Shown piece after piece: positions 63,921 to 64,000 of a stretch of 64,000 nt of DNA. A program made the translations under genes and the position numbers. The DNA lies in contig NC_043003.1 of assembly GCF_006345805.1 (NCBI RefSeq), positions 57,784,001 through 57,848,000 of the forward strand. Reading direction: 5' to 3'. Within the stretch, counting starts at the first letter, position 1. Each line of letters opens with the position of its first letter. A model generated the notes under the pieces. It had not been told where the DNA came from. It saw only the letters and a program-made list of their open reading frames with translations, and did no database searches. This DNA is from Octopus sinensis (lineage: Eukaryota).

Positions 63921-64000
63921 TGCAGGTGTATTTAGCCAAGCACACTTTTTGTCAAAGACATAAGGAAGGTTTGAATACTATTCTGGGCACGTCAAGCATC

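Noticed and set aside
164-63963. The hundreds of ORFs in the supplied track (poly-His, poly-Leu, YIYI, CVCV, LSIY, etc.)
   Set aside because: They are translations of microsatellites or SINE consensus (e.g. the recurring RRASFSFRLPNPLTRLW peptide). They show no splice structure or domain content.

Overview
This is AT-rich eukaryotic DNA saturated with microsatellites and SINEs. The repeat families and simple-repeat density point to an octopus (coleoid cephalopod) genome; this is inferred from recalled octopus repeats, not from a database search. No intact protein-coding gene could be supported, and almost every ORF in the track is a read-through of simple repeats or SINEs. Recognisable content: (1) at least five tRNA-derived or SINE-like families in about 50 copies or fragments; (2) two LINE remnants, a 5'-truncated R4/Dong element (19302-19741, -; coding frame missed by the ORF track) and a Tx1/L1-like zinc-knuckle fragment (46736-47048, -); (3) a piggyBac-like MITE in three copies, one split by a SINE; (4) a full-length decayed initiator tRNA-Met pseudogene (48776-48847, -); (5) several dispersed hammerhead-ribozyme-like motifs, best at 7911-7992, probably Penelope/retrozyme relics; (6) a few CpG-rich unique islands and a candidate TATA+Inr promoter with a short first exon (47839, -), suggesting the window may be intronic to a leftward transcript. 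Family names SINE-A to G are my working labels. Repeat boundaries are approximate (about +/-10-20 bp).
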